A stretch of 64,000 nucleotides of DNA from an uncultured bacterium (GTDB taxonomy: Bacteria > Chloroflexota > UBA5177 > JANWHV01): the NCBI GenBank assembly GCA_963729625.1, contig CAVSOU010000017.1:128001-192000 (forward strand). The letters are read 5' to 3'. Shown here piece by piece: positions 53,633 to 63,719 of this stretch (position 1 is its first letter; each line of letters opens with the position of its first letter). Below the pieces are notes generated by a model, which saw only the letters and a program-made list of their open reading frames with translations, made no database searches and was not told the origin of the DNA. Position numbers and translations under genes: made by a program.

Positions 53633-53712
53633 CGATGACTGCGCGAGGGTGGCTCCAGCGTTTGTGGCCGCGCGCAAAAGCGTCGATGAAAACGTCGAAA
53701 GGATAGGGTTCG

Positions 53713-55188
53713 ATGGCGATAGGCACACGCGTATACCAGAACTACATCAACGGAGAGTGGAAGGCCGCGTCGAACGGCGAGGAGCACGCGAACCTCAACC
53801 CAGCACGGCCGGCCGACGTCATCGGCTTCTTTCCGCGGTCGACCGCCGACGATGTGCGCGCGGCAATAGCCGCCGCGGTTGCCGCGCGCGTCGGCTGGGC
53901 CGGCACCTCGCAGTTGCGCCGCGGCGAGATCCTGCTGCGTGCGGCCGAGCTGCTGGCCGCTCGCGTCGACGAGGTGGCCGCGGCCATGACGCGCGAGGAA
54001 GGGAAGACCCTGCGCGAGGCGCGAGGAGAAACGCTGCGTGGCGTGGCCATTCTTCGCTATTTCGCCGGCGAAGGCCCACAGCCGATAGGCGAGGTCTATC
54101 CGTCCGCCAACACGCGCACCATGCTGTATACACTGCACGTACCGCTCGGCGTTGTCGGCGCGATCACGCCGTGGAACTTCCCCGTCGCCATCCCGCTGTG
54201 GAAGGTCGCGCCGGCGCTCGTGTACGGCAATACGGTGGTCTTGAAGCCGGCGGAGCTGACGCCGCTTACCGCCACACTGTTAGTTGAGATTCTCGCGGAG
54301 GCTGGCCTGCCGCCCGGGGTGCTCAACCTGGTCGCCGGCAGCGGCTCCACCATCGGGCCGGTATTGGGCGAGTCAGCCGAGGTGACGGGCGTCTCGTTTA
54401 CCGGCTCGAACCTTGTGGGCCGTGGGCTTCAGCGGGCGGTGCAAGAGCGGGGCGGCAAGATTCAGCTGGAGTTGGGCGGCAAGAATCCGGTGATAGTGCT
54501 CGAAGACGCCGATCTCGATCAGGCCGCCACGCTGACCGTCAACGGCGCCATGCTCTCCACGGGACAGAAATGTACGGCGACCAGCCGCGCCATCGTCGTG
54601 CGCGGGGTCCTCGATGCCTTTACCGAGAAAGTGCTGGCACGGGTCAACGCGATGGTGGTAGGCGACGGGCTCGACGAGCGCACCAACATGGGTCCATGCG
54701 TCTCGGCGGCCCAGCGCGATACCGTGCTGCAGTACTTCCAGATCGCGCGCCAGGAAGGAGCGACCCTGCTGACCGGAGGCAGCACCCTGGATGCGGCCGA
54801 GTATCATGGCGGCTACTTCGTGCAGCCGACCGTCTACGGGGGCGTGCGGCCCGAGATGCGCATCGCACAGGAGGAGATCTTTGGGCCCGTGCTGGGTATT
54901 ATCCCGGCAGACGACACCGAGCAGGCGCTGGCGATCGCCAATGGCGTGCGCTACGGCCTGTCCGCGTCGATTTTCACCCGAGATATCGCCAGGAGCTTCC
55001 GCTTCACGCGCCAGATGCAGGCCGGCATCATCCACATCAACGGCGAGACCGCGGGAGCGGAGCCTCAGGTGCCGTTTGGCGGCATGAAGGAATCGAGCTC
55101 GTTCTCTCGCGAACAAGGGAAAGCCGCGGCACAGTTTTTCACGCAGACAAAGACCGTGTATTTCGACGAGCCGGCGTCGCCGGCATGA
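53713..55188 (+). CDS. Aldehyde dehydrogenase, likely alpha-ketoglutarate semialdehyde dehydrogenase
   Basis: ITPWNFP, KPAE, SFTGS, LELGGKNP, GQKCTATSR, EEIFGP, PFGGMK; operon context. Confidence 0.88.
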   Translation: MAIGTRVYQNYINGEWKAASNGEEHANLNPARPADVIGFFPRSTADDVRAAIAAAVAARVGWAGTSQLRRGEILLRAAELLAARVDEVAAAMTREEGKTLREARGETLRGVAILRYFAGEGPQPIGEVYPSANTRTMLYTLHVPLGVVGAITPWNFPVAIPLWKVAPALVYGNTVVLKPAELTPLTATLLVEILAEAGLPPGVLNLVAGSGSTIGPVLGESAEVTGVSFTGSNLVGRGLQRAVQERGGKIQLELGGKNPVIVLEDADLDQAATLTVNGAMLSTGQKCTATSRAIVVRGVLDAFTEKVLARVNAMVVGDGLDERTNMGPCVSAAQRDTVLQYFQIARQEGATLLTGGSTLDAAEYHGGYFVQPTVYGGVRPEMRIAQEEIFGPVLGIIPADDTEQALAIANGVRYGLSASIFTRDIARSFRFTRQMQAGIIHINGETAGAEPQVPFGGMKESSSFSREQGKAAAQFFTQTKTVYFDEPASPA

Positions 55189-55342
55189 CCGCGCGTGCCA
55201 AGGGGCTGCCGGTGAGAGTTTATGAAACCTCGTGCCAGTGTGTAGAGAGTGCAGGCTGTGTTGGCGATAGCCAGCTCCCTCGTACGATCGAGGCACAAAT
55301 GGCACGAGACGCGAGTCGCCAGGGTGAAAAGGGAGCCGCACG

Positions 55343-55609
55343 ATGTTCGTCAACACACCAGCAGTTGACGTCCGCGCAGACGTACTGGCACGCTACCAGC
55401 GGATTCGAGAGGACTACTTGGCGGGCAAGACAGTCGATCACATTCAGTTGATGGTGAGCTACGCCCAGGCACGATTCGTGCTTGGTGAAACCGCTTCGGC
55501 GCAGTTGCTCCGCTCGGCGCGCCATCTCGCTCCAGCGTCTTTCGCCGCGCAGGAAACGCTCCGTGCAAACAGGATTTCCGAGGTAAGAAAGATCGCCTCA
55601 CGAGCGTGA
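55343..55609 (+). CDS. Small hypothetical protein
   Basis: 88 aa, GGGAG RBS, GTGA overlap with the next ORF. Confidence 0.45.
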   Translation: MFVNTPAVDVRADVLARYQRIREDYLAGKTVDHIQLMVSYAQARFVLGETASAQLLRSARHLAPASFAAQETLRANRISEVRKIASRA

Positions 55610-55794
55610 CCATCGTCGCCGAGCGCCCCGACACGGCCGACGCCATGATGCTCATCGGCGAACTCGAGGCCCTCCTGGAACCGCTCTATCCCCCCGCAAG
55701 CCGTCACGGGCTGAGCGCGGAGCGGTTGATCGTGGAAGCCGTGGCGTTGTTCCTGCTCCGGACGGATGGCACGGCGGCCGGTTGCTGCGCATGA
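55606..55794 (+). pseudogene. GNAT acetyltransferase N-terminal fragment
   Basis: ERPDTADA..LI.EL...L..LYPPASRHGLS.E.L..G...GC, truncated. Confidence 0.6.
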
Positions 55795-56989
55795 CACCGG
55801 CGTTTTCGCGAACACCCGGAGCGATAGGGGATACTACGCGTTCCTCGCCCATGGTCTGGAGAGCAAGACATACGTGGCCGCGGTGCAGTCGAGCGGCTAC
55901 CTTACGTCGATGATGGGGAAATACCTCAACGGATACGAGCCCTCGACCCTCTATCAACCTGCCGGTTGGAACGACTGGAATGTCGCCGGCAACGGGTACC
56001 CGGAGTTCAACCACGGCCTGGATGAGAACGGGAAGCTCGTTCACTACGGCGGTCCGACCAATGCAGGCAACTATATGACCCAGGTGCTTGCAGGCAAGGG
56101 CACGGCGTTCATCGCTCAGGCGGCAGCCGCCAGTAAGCCGTTTGTGATGGAGGTGGCGACGTTCGCGCCGCACGCCCCCTACACGCCCGCCCCGAGCGAC
56201 GTCAAGCTCTTCCCGGGGTTGACAGCGCCGCGCGTCGCCTCGTTTGATAAGAACAATACCAACCCGCCCGTATGGCTCGGTCCTCGATTGCCGTTGACCC
56301 CCAAGCAGATCAAGCTGATCGACACCGGGTTCAGAAAGCGGGTTCAGGCCGTGCAGGCAGTCGACCGACTGATCGCCCAACTGGAAAACACGCTGGCCGC
56401 TCGCGGCCTGGCCCAGAATACCTATGTCGTGTTCAGCTCCGATAACGGGTACCATATGGGCCAGCACCGCCTCCTGCCTGGCAAGATGACCGCCTTCGAC
56501 ACGGACATTCGCGTGCCGCTCATCGTGGCCAGCCCCGGCGTGCCGCAAGGAAAAGCGGTCTCGCGGCTCGCCGAGAACATTGATCTGAACCCCACATTCG
56601 TCCAGCTTGCCGGCGACACGCCGGATCTATCCGTCGACGGCCATAGCCTCGTGCCTCTGATCCTTGGCCAGCCGGTCGCCCAATGGCGAACGGTGGCCCT
56701 GGTCGAGCACCATGGACCAGACAACGACGTCACGGACGTCGACCACGAGAGCGACAAGCTGAGCGGCAATCGAGTCACCTACGAGGCGATCCGAATGGCA
56801 GGCGGCGTCTACGTCGAGTATGTCAACGGCGAGCACGAATACTACAACATCGTCAAGGATCCGGAGGAGATGGACAACCTCTATTCTCCGCTCAGCCCCG
56901 CCGACCAGGCGCGCCTGCACATGATCGTGGCCGCGCTATCGACGTGCCACGGCACCGCAAACTGCTGGACGGCAGGCCTTCCGCACTGA
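55790..56989 (+). pseudogene. Sulfatase (GlcNAc-6-sulfatase-like) lacking its N-terminus and catalytic CxPxR
   Basis: Begins at HDTGV; GKYLNGY, APHAP, SSDNGYHMG, DIRVPL, NIDLNPT. Confidence 0.8.
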
Positions 56990-57085
56990 GCACGGATCAG
57001 GACTTTCGCGCCATCGAGGTACTCGATCACTCACAGCGTACGTCACATGAGTGATTCCACCTGACAAACGTGACAGAAGCGCGCA

Positions 57086-57145
57086 AACCTCCTGCGTCCG
57101 CGCCAGGGTTCAAAATAACAGAACCGCGGGTCGGCGCAGGAGGTT
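57086..57145. repeat. Long imperfect hairpin
   Basis: AACCTCCTGCG..GGTTC-AAAATAACA-GAACC..CGCAGGAGGTT. Confidence 0.6.
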
Positions 57146-57218
57146 CACACTGGTTTCCTGGTCGATCCTCACGCGGAGCTTGCTGACTCTCCTCACAGCT
57201 TGACCACAACCCGCTTAG

Positions 57219-58637
57219 CCTTCTTTATTCATGGCCGCCCCGGACGTGCCGCGAGCAGGTACCAGAGCGCTTCACCAGGATGGCTACTGGCGAGGTGCAG
57301 GGAGAGGCCATCCAGGTGCCGACGGACCCAGCCGCCGATCTTGATGAGGCGGAGCCGCAGGGTACCCAACTGCTGGTGGGGCACGTGGACGTGGGCGAGC
57401 CAATGCCGGATCGTGTCGAACAGCCAGTAGGCGGCGGCATGCAGCAGCAAGCGGAACTGATTGGGCCAAAACCGATGGTCACTCAGGCGGTCGGCGAAGC
57501 AGTCGTCCTTGAGGTCCTTGATGCACAGCTCGGGCCGGTCACCACGCTGGGTGTACCAGTGGTAGAGCGCCGCAGGCGCATCGGTACGCGTGGTGACGAC
57601 AAAGCGGGTATTCATGCCCTTCTCGAGGGCCTCGGCTTTGATGACCACCCGGCGGGGCTGCTCCCAGGTGTCTGCTTGATAGGTGGTCTCGGCGAAGAGC
57701 CGCGCTTTCTCGCCCGTCTGGGCGCGCTGAGCGGCTGCCTCCGTGGCGAGCGGCGCTGCCAGCGCCGTCAAGCGGGCGTTGGTCGCCAGGCCGATGGTAT
57801 AGGCGATCTGCTCGGCTTCCAGATAGGTGTACAGCGCTGGCACGGCAAAGCCGGCGTCTGCACGGACTTCAATGCTGACCCCGGGCCAGCGTGCGCGGAT
57901 GGCCTGCACCAGCCGGCGCAGCACGCCGACCGCACCGCGGCTGGCATGACAGGTGCCCGGCCGCAGCACGGCGGTGATCAGCTGGCCGGTCTCGCCGTCG
58001 AAGACGAGCAGCGGATGCTACATGTACTGGCCATAGTAGCCGTGGTAGGCCACGCCCTCCTGCTGCCCATGGGCCGGGTCATCCGTGCCGTCCAGGTCCA
58101 GCACAAGGTGCGTGGGCACGCCCGCCAGCTCCCGGGCTTGCAGGTAGACCTGCACCAGCGCCCGTGCCAGTCGGTAACACGCCCGGCCGTCCACGGCATT
58201 CTCCAGCCGCGCCAGTGTCGGCTGACTCGCCAGGTCCGCCTGCTCGGGCAAGCGCCCACACACCAGCTTCAGCAGCGGATCGGTGCGCAGACTGTCCGCG
58301 TCGTCCTGGTCTTCGTAGCCACAGGCAATCTGGAAGACCCGCTGACGGACCAGCGTCTGCAGCGTATGGCGTACTGGCCCACGCCGCCACTCGGGAATCT
58401 GCTGGGCCAGCGCCGCACACAACCCAAGGCTGCTGTCGGCTTCGGCCAGCCAACACAGGCCGCCATCACTAGTCAACTGCGGGCCATCAAACTGGGTGGA
58501 CAGGGACGAACCGGCGAGGGAAAAGGGGATAGACTGGGACACGAGGCATCTCCGGGGTTAGGCGTTGGTTTCGACAACTTCAACCTACCCCTTACGGCGA
58601 TGCCTCGCTCCTTCGCTCCCTCCGTGAATAATTCAGG
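57219..58637 (-). mobile_element. IS1380-family insertion sequence, 1419 bp
   Basis: Imperfect TIRs CCTTCTTTATTCATGG / CCTGAATTATTCACGG; 4-bp direct repeat TTAG at 57215-57218 and 58638-58641. Confidence 0.88.
57229..58542 (-). pseudogene. IS1380 DDE transposase with in-frame TAG at 58020-58018
   Basis: FDG..LTSDGG, GYED.DD..LR.DP, SQPT, LDLD.TDDP.HGQQ, YM*HPL, RADAGF, Y.QRG..E..IKDLK. Confidence 0.9.
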
Positions 58638-58805
58638 TTAGGCGCGCGTTGCGTCTCTGCCTACGCCCACGTCTTCCGCGGAGCCCTCCAATAACCATGG
58701 AGAACCATGGAGATGCTCAAACGACGAGGCGTGCCCATGTGCTATGCTGGTCCTGCCATTCATGTGGCCACGTAAAGTGTCTCGTGCACGCACCGAGTAG
58801 AGGCG

Positions 58806-61800
58806 ATGGAGACGGCGCAGCCGGAAGACACCGGTCAGCCACACACCTTCGCGAAGTTGCTGCGACACTACCGTACCGCGGCCGGCTTCACCCAGGAGGA
58901 GCTGGCTGAACGCGCCGGCCTGAGTCTGCGCGGCGTGCTCTACCTGGAACGCGGCGGCCGGCAGCCCTATCGAGATACTATCCGTCGCCTGGCCGACGCG
59001 CTGGCGCTCAGCCAGGAGGGCCGTGCCGCCTTGCTGGCGGCGGGACGCCGGCACGGCAGCGGCGATGCGGCAAGTCCCGCCGCAGGAGCGCCGCTGCCGC
59101 GCGAGGATGAGCCGGAGGAGGCACAGCCCGGGTGGATCTACGTGGCCCATGCCCAGGGCGATCGCGGGCGAGTTGAGCGGCTGCGTGGCGACCTGCAGCG
59201 ACACGGCACCCCCACCTGGGTGGACCTGGATGACCTGCCGGCCGGCACCCCGAGCTGGGAGCAGGCCCTGCGCGAGGCCATTCGCGGTGCCTTGGCGGTG
59301 CTGCTCGTCGCCTCCCCTCAGACGCGCTCCTCACGCTATGTCGCCGACGAGCTGCGCATCGCCGAGCTGTATGGGCGGTGCGTCTACCCACTGTGGGTCG
59401 AGGGCGAGCAGTGGATGGAGTGCGTGCCGCTGGGCTGGGGCGGCCTGCAGTACCTCGATGCGCGGGGCGACCGCTACGAGGTGGCACTCGACGCGCTAGC
59501 CGCTGAGGCGCGGCATCGGCCTGAGCAGCAGCCGGCCGTAGCCGCCGAACCCTCCCATCCGGCCGGGGTACCCGCTGCGGCGGGTCGGGGAGGCTTGTCT
59601 GAGCCGCGGAATCCCTACAAGGGGCTGCGTCCCTTCACCGCGGCGGATGCGGGCGACTTCTTCGGCAGGGAGCGGCTGGTGGAAGCGCTGCTGGAGGCGC
59701 TGCCCGCAGCGGGGAGCAGCACGCCGCGCTTCCTGGCGCTGGTGGGGGCCAGCGGCTCGGGGAAGTCGAGCGTGATCCTGGCCGGACTGCTGCCGCGCCT
59801 GCAGGCCGGGGCGCTGCTGGGGAGTGCCGAATGGACGTACTTGCCGCCTATCACGCCGGGGTCACGGCCGCTGGATGCGCTGGCCCAGACCCTCCACGCC
59901 GCGCTCCCCACGTCGGTGGATCTGGCGAGTATCCGAGCCGCGCTGGCGGAGGAGCCGGACGGCCTGCATCGCCTGGCGCGGCAACTGGAGAGCGGGCCGG
60001 GCCAGCGGGTCGTCCTGGTGCTCGACCAGGCCGAGGAGTTGTTCGCGACGGCGGTAGCGGAGGAAGAGCGGCGGTGCTGCGTCGACCTGCTGGTGACGGC
60101 GGCGACCGCGCCGGGTGGACCCGTGCTTGTGGTGCTGACCCTGCGCGCCGACTTCTACGACCGGCCCCTCCGCTATCCTGCCCTGGGCGCCCTGCTGCAG
60201 GCGCACGACGTCGCGGTGCTGGCGCCTACTACGGCCGACCTGCGGCAGGCCATCGAGGGACCGGCGGCGCTACCGGACGTGCAGCTGAGCTTCGACGAGG
60301 ACCTGGTTGGCGACCTGTTGTTCGACCTGCGCGGCCAGGCCGGGGCGTTGCCGCTGCTGCAGTTCACGCTGGACGAGCTGTTCGCCCGCCGGGAGGGGCA
60401 CCGGTTGTGCGGGGCGGCCTATCGGGCGCTGGGCGGCGTGCGCGGCGCCCTGGCGCGGCACGCCGAAGCCGCCTACGCCGCGCTGCCGAGCAAGGAGCAT
60501 AGGACGCTGGCGCGCGCGCTGTTCCTGCGGCTGATCGACCCCGGCGAGAGCGAGCAGGACACGACGCGACGCCGCGCCGCGATGGGCGAATTTACCTTGC
60601 CCGACCGGGCGCAGACCGATCGCTTACAGCAAGTCATCCAGGCATTCATCGGGGCGCGGCTGCTGGTAGCCGGGCGCTCGACGGCCGGGACGACGAATGC
60701 ATCCGAGACCACGGTCGAGGTGAGCCACGAGGCGCTGATGCGCGAGTGGCCGCGGCTGGCCGGCTGGCTGCGCGAGGCACGCGAGGACGTGCGGCTGCAG
60801 CAGGCGACCAGCGCGGATGCCGCAGCCTGGGAGCAGCACGGGCAACCGGCAGACCGCCTCTATCGCGGCTCGCTGCTGCTGGAGGCGGAGGCCTGGGCCG
60901 CGCGCAACACGCCGAGCACGCAGGAGGCGGCGTTTCTCGACGCGGCACGGCTCGAGCGCGACGTGCAGGCGCTGGAAGAGCGCGAGCGGCAGGCGCGGCA
61001 GTTGGCGCTGACGCAAGACGCACTGGCGGCGAACCGGCGAGCAGCCTATCGGCTCCGCCTGCTGGTGGGCATCCTGGCCCTCTTCCTGCTGGTGGCGGCA
61101 GGCTTGAGCGTGTTTGCGGTGCGTAGCGCGCTGCAGGCGAAGCAGAACGAACACAGCGCCGAGGCCGCTGCCACGGCGGCGTCCATCGCTCGCGTCGCGC
61201 TGAGTGAGAAGGATCTGGCGCTCTCGGCCACGCTGGCAGCGCAGGCGAACAAGCTGCTGGGTAGCCACGAGGACCTGGCGCTGCTGCTGAGCGTGGAGGC
61301 GGAGCGCACGGCCAATACGATCGAGGCGCGCGGCGCCCTGCTCGCGAGTCTGGAAAGCGTGCCGCCACGCCTGATCCGTTTTCTCGGCGGGCACAGCGGC
61401 GGCGTGCGGGCGCTGGCATTCAGCCCCGACGGCACCCTGCTGGCCTCGGGCGGCGACGACGGCACCGTCCGGCTTTGGGACGCGGCGAGTGGGCGGGCGA
61501 TCGGATCGCCGCTGAGTGGAGGAGCGGGGACAGTAAACAGCGTGGCCTTCAGTCCGGACGGGCGGCTGCTGGCCGCGGGCGGCGCGGACGGCGCGGTGCG
61601 GCTCTGGCGGCGCATTGGGTCGGGTGGCCGGTGGGCGCCCTGGGGTGGGCTGCTCAGGGGCCAGCAGGACCAGGTGCGGGTGGTGGCGTTCAGCGCGAAC
61701 GGCAGCGTGCTGGCCTCGAGCAGCTGGGACGGCAGCACCTGGCTGTGGGACCTGGGCGGCGCCATGCCACACGGCGCGGCGCTGACCACCCATGCCTCCT

Positions 61801-63302
61801 ACGCCGGTGCTCTGGCCACCAGCCCCACGGCGAACGTGCTGGCGACCGGTGGCGGACGCGACGACGAGACGGTCCAGCTCTGGGACGTCAAGGAACGGCG
61901 ACCGCTGGGCGCGGCGCTCACCGGACCGTGGGACACGGTAGAGCAGCTGGCGTTCAGCCCGAACGGCCAGACGCTGGCCGCGACCTGCGGCGACGGGACG
62001 GTCTGGCTCTGGGACCTGCGGCGACGAGAGCCGCACGGCATGCTGCTGACGAGCGGAATCAGTGCCGCCGGCACGCTGGCCTTCAGTGCCGACGGCGCCA
62101 CGCTGGCGCTGGCGAGCGGCGATCACACGCTGCTCTGGGACGTGGCGACGCGCCGGCCGCGAGGAGGGCCGCTCTCCGCCCATGCCGGCGAAATCTACGG
62201 CGTGGCGTTCAACCCCAAGGGCAGCGAACTGGCTGCGGCCGGCGCCGGGGGTACCATTCAGCTCTGGGATATCACGCCGAGCGCCGGCCGGGACAATCCA
62301 CTGGCGACCACGCTCAACGGCGTGAACCCGATCACCAGGCTGGCGTTCTCGCCCGACGGCAGCACCATTGCCGCCGGCGACACGACAGGCCGGGTGCGGC
62401 TTTGGGACGCAACGCATCGCCGGGCGATCGGCGTCCTCTCGAGTGGGCAGAGGACTAGCATTATCGGACTGGCGTTCACCCCGGACGGCACACTGCTGAC
62501 CGCCGCGGATGTCAGCGGTCCCATTCAGCTCTGGGACGTGGCGCGTCGTCGGCCACGCGGCGCGCCCCTGGATGCGCATGCAGGTGGTCTGATGAGCATG
62601 GCCATGAGCCCCGACGGCAGGCTCCTCGCCGCGGGTTACGCGGACTCCACCATCCGGCTCTGGGACGTGTCGTCGCACCGCCAGATCGGGCCGCCACTCA
62701 CCGGCCTGTACGGTGATGGCTCCGCGCTCGCCTTCAGTCCGGACGGCACGATCCTGGCGTCCGGCAGCTTTGGCTTCGCAGTGCAGCTCTGGGACGTCGC
62801 CACGCATCGACCGCGAGGCACACCCCTCCTCGGCCACGGCAACGCCGTGTTCGGCCTGGCTTTCAGTCCCGAAGGCACCCTCCTCGCCTCGGCAAGCCTC
62901 GATCGGACGGTCCGGCTGTGGGATGTGGCGCTCGACCGTCCATCCGGCGGTCCCCTGCGCGGCCACACCGGCGACGTGTGGAATGTGGCCTTCAATGCGG
63001 ACGGGAGCATGCTGGCGTCCGGCAGCGCCGACGGCACGGTGCGGCTCTGGAGCGTGGCCTATCGTCGGCAGATCGGCCCGTCGCTGGTGAGCGGCACCAC
63101 AGTCACGGATCTCACCTTCAACCGTGCAGGCACGCTCCTTGCGGTTGGAAGCGGCGACGGGCCAGTGTGGCTCTGGGACGTCAGCGTACCGTCCTGGCTA
63201 CAACGTGCCTGCGCGATCGCTAACCGGAACCTGACGCTCCAGGAATGGCAGACCTACCTGGGCAGCGCGCCCTATCACGCGACCTGCCCCGCCGCGGGCT
63301 GA
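58806..63302 (+). CDS. XRE-HTH + TIR + nSTAND1 NTPase + TM + 14 WD40 repeats
   Basis: XRE head; TIR-like IYVAHA..D..TWVD..W...I..LLVASP..SRYVADEL; PRNPYKGL..FFGRE, VGASGSGKSS, VLDQAEELF, LRADFY, GALPLLQF, SHEAL; TM LLVGILALFLLVAAGLSVFAV; 14 AFSPDG..WD repeats. Confidence 0.9.
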   Translation: METAQPEDTGQPHTFAKLLRHYRTAAGFTQEELAERAGLSLRGVLYLERGGRQPYRDTIRRLADALALSQEGRAALLAAGRRHGSGDAASPAAGAPLPREDEPEEAQPGWIYVAHAQGDRGRVERLRGDLQRHGTPTWVDLDDLPAGTPSWEQALREAIRGALAVLLVASPQTRSSRYVADELRIAELYGRCVYPLWVEGEQWMECVPLGWGGLQYLDARGDRYEVALDALAAEARHRPEQQPAVAAEPSHPAGVPAAAGRGGLSEPRNPYKGLRPFTAADAGDFFGRERLVEALLEALPAAGSSTPRFLALVGASGSGKSSVILAGLLPRLQAGALLGSAEWTYLPPITPGSRPLDALAQTLHAALPTSVDLASIRAALAEEPDGLHRLARQLESGPGQRVVLVLDQAEELFATAVAEEERRCCVDLLVTAATAPGGPVLVVLTLRADFYDRPLRYPALGALLQAHDVAVLAPTTADLRQAIEGPAALPDVQLSFDEDLVGDLLFDLRGQAGALPLLQFTLDELFARREGHRLCGAAYRALGGVRGALARHAEAAYAALPSKEHRTLARALFLRLIDPGESEQDTTRRRAAMGEFTLPDRAQTDRLQQVIQAFIGARLLVAGRSTAGTTNASETTVEVSHEALMREWPRLAGWLREAREDVRLQQATSADAAAWEQHGQPADRLYRGSLLLEAEAWAARNTPSTQEAAFLDAARLERDVQALEERERQARQLALTQDALAANRRAAYRLRLLVGILALFLLVAAGLSVFAVRSALQAKQNEHSAEAAATAASIARVALSEKDLALSATLAAQANKLLGSHEDLALLLSVEAERTANTIEARGALLASLESVPPRLIRFLGGHSGGVRALAFSPDGTLLASGGDDGTVRLWDAASGRAIGSPLSGGAGTVNSVAFSPDGRLLAAGGADGAVRLWRRIGSGGRWAPWGGLLRGQQDQVRVVAFSANGSVLASSSWDGSTWLWDLGGAMPHGAALTTHASYAGALATSPTANVLATGGGRDDETVQLWDVKERRPLGAALTGPWDTVEQLAFSPNGQTLAATCGDGTVWLWDLRRREPHGMLLTSGISAAGTLAFSADGATLALASGDHTLLWDVATRRPRGGPLSAHAGEIYGVAFNPKGSELAAAGAGGTIQLWDITPSAGRDNPLATTLNGVNPITRLAFSPDGSTIAAGDTTGRVRLWDATHRRAIGVLSSGQRTSIIGLAFTPDGTLLTAADVSGPIQLWDVARRRPRGAPLDAHAGGLMSMAMSPDGRLLAAGYADSTIRLWDVSSHRQIGPPLTGLYGDGSALAFSPDGTILASGSFGFAVQLWDVATHRPRGTPLLGHGNAVFGLAFSPEGTLLASASLDRTVRLWDVALDRPSGGPLRGHTGDVWNVAFNADGSMLASGSADGTVRLWSVAYRRQIGPSLVSGTTVTDLTFNRAGTLLAVGSGDGPVWLWDVSVPSWLQRACAIANRNLTLQEWQTYLGSAPYHATCPAAG

Positions 63303-63365
63303 GGGATCCGCCTGCCGCATGGGTTGGAGGAGTTCGAGGTCTAGAGCCGATAGAGAGCACACCGC

Positions 63366-63716
63366 CTAGAGCGGTAGGAAGACAATTTGCCCTTGCCACT
63401 CGCCTTCCTGACTGCACATCGCGAGCAGGACGACGTCCTCGACTACTGTGCCGAGCGAGGCGTTGTAGCCTACCAGGAATAGGCCCGCCATCGGCTGCCC
63501 GGACTCCAGCCGCTCAATGGCGTATTTGCTGAGGGTGGCCACGTCATGGCTGAGCACGACGCGGTGTTCGTCGGCTGCCCAGGCCAACACTTCCCAGTCG
63601 TCGATGCCGCTCAGACCCACGTCCTGGAGCCGCACGAAATCCACATCTGGTAGGCGCCGAAGCACACCGCGCAGGATGGCGTTATTGAAGTTCTCATCGG
63701 CAGCCAGCTTGAGCAC
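63366..63716 (-). CDS. DUF5615 PIN-like toxin
   Basis: LAADENF, GLSGIDDWEVLAWA..RVVLSHD. Confidence 0.85.
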   Translation of the reverse strand: MLKLAADENFNNAILRGVLRRLPDVDFVRLQDVGLSGIDDWEVLAWAADEHRVVLSHDVATLSKYAIERLESGQPMAGLFLVGYNASLGTVVEDVVLLAMCSQEGEWQGQIVFLPL

Positions 63717-63719
63717 AAG

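Noticed and set aside
58018-58020. Pyrrolysine or programmed readthrough in the transposase
   Set aside because: Position is a conserved Tyr one base from TAG; simple nonsense change
60624-62966. Long antisense ORFs (also 31651..33153, 34221..35642, 51457..52854, 57280..58641)
   Set aside because: Shadow frames of well-supported genes in high-GC DNA, no motifs
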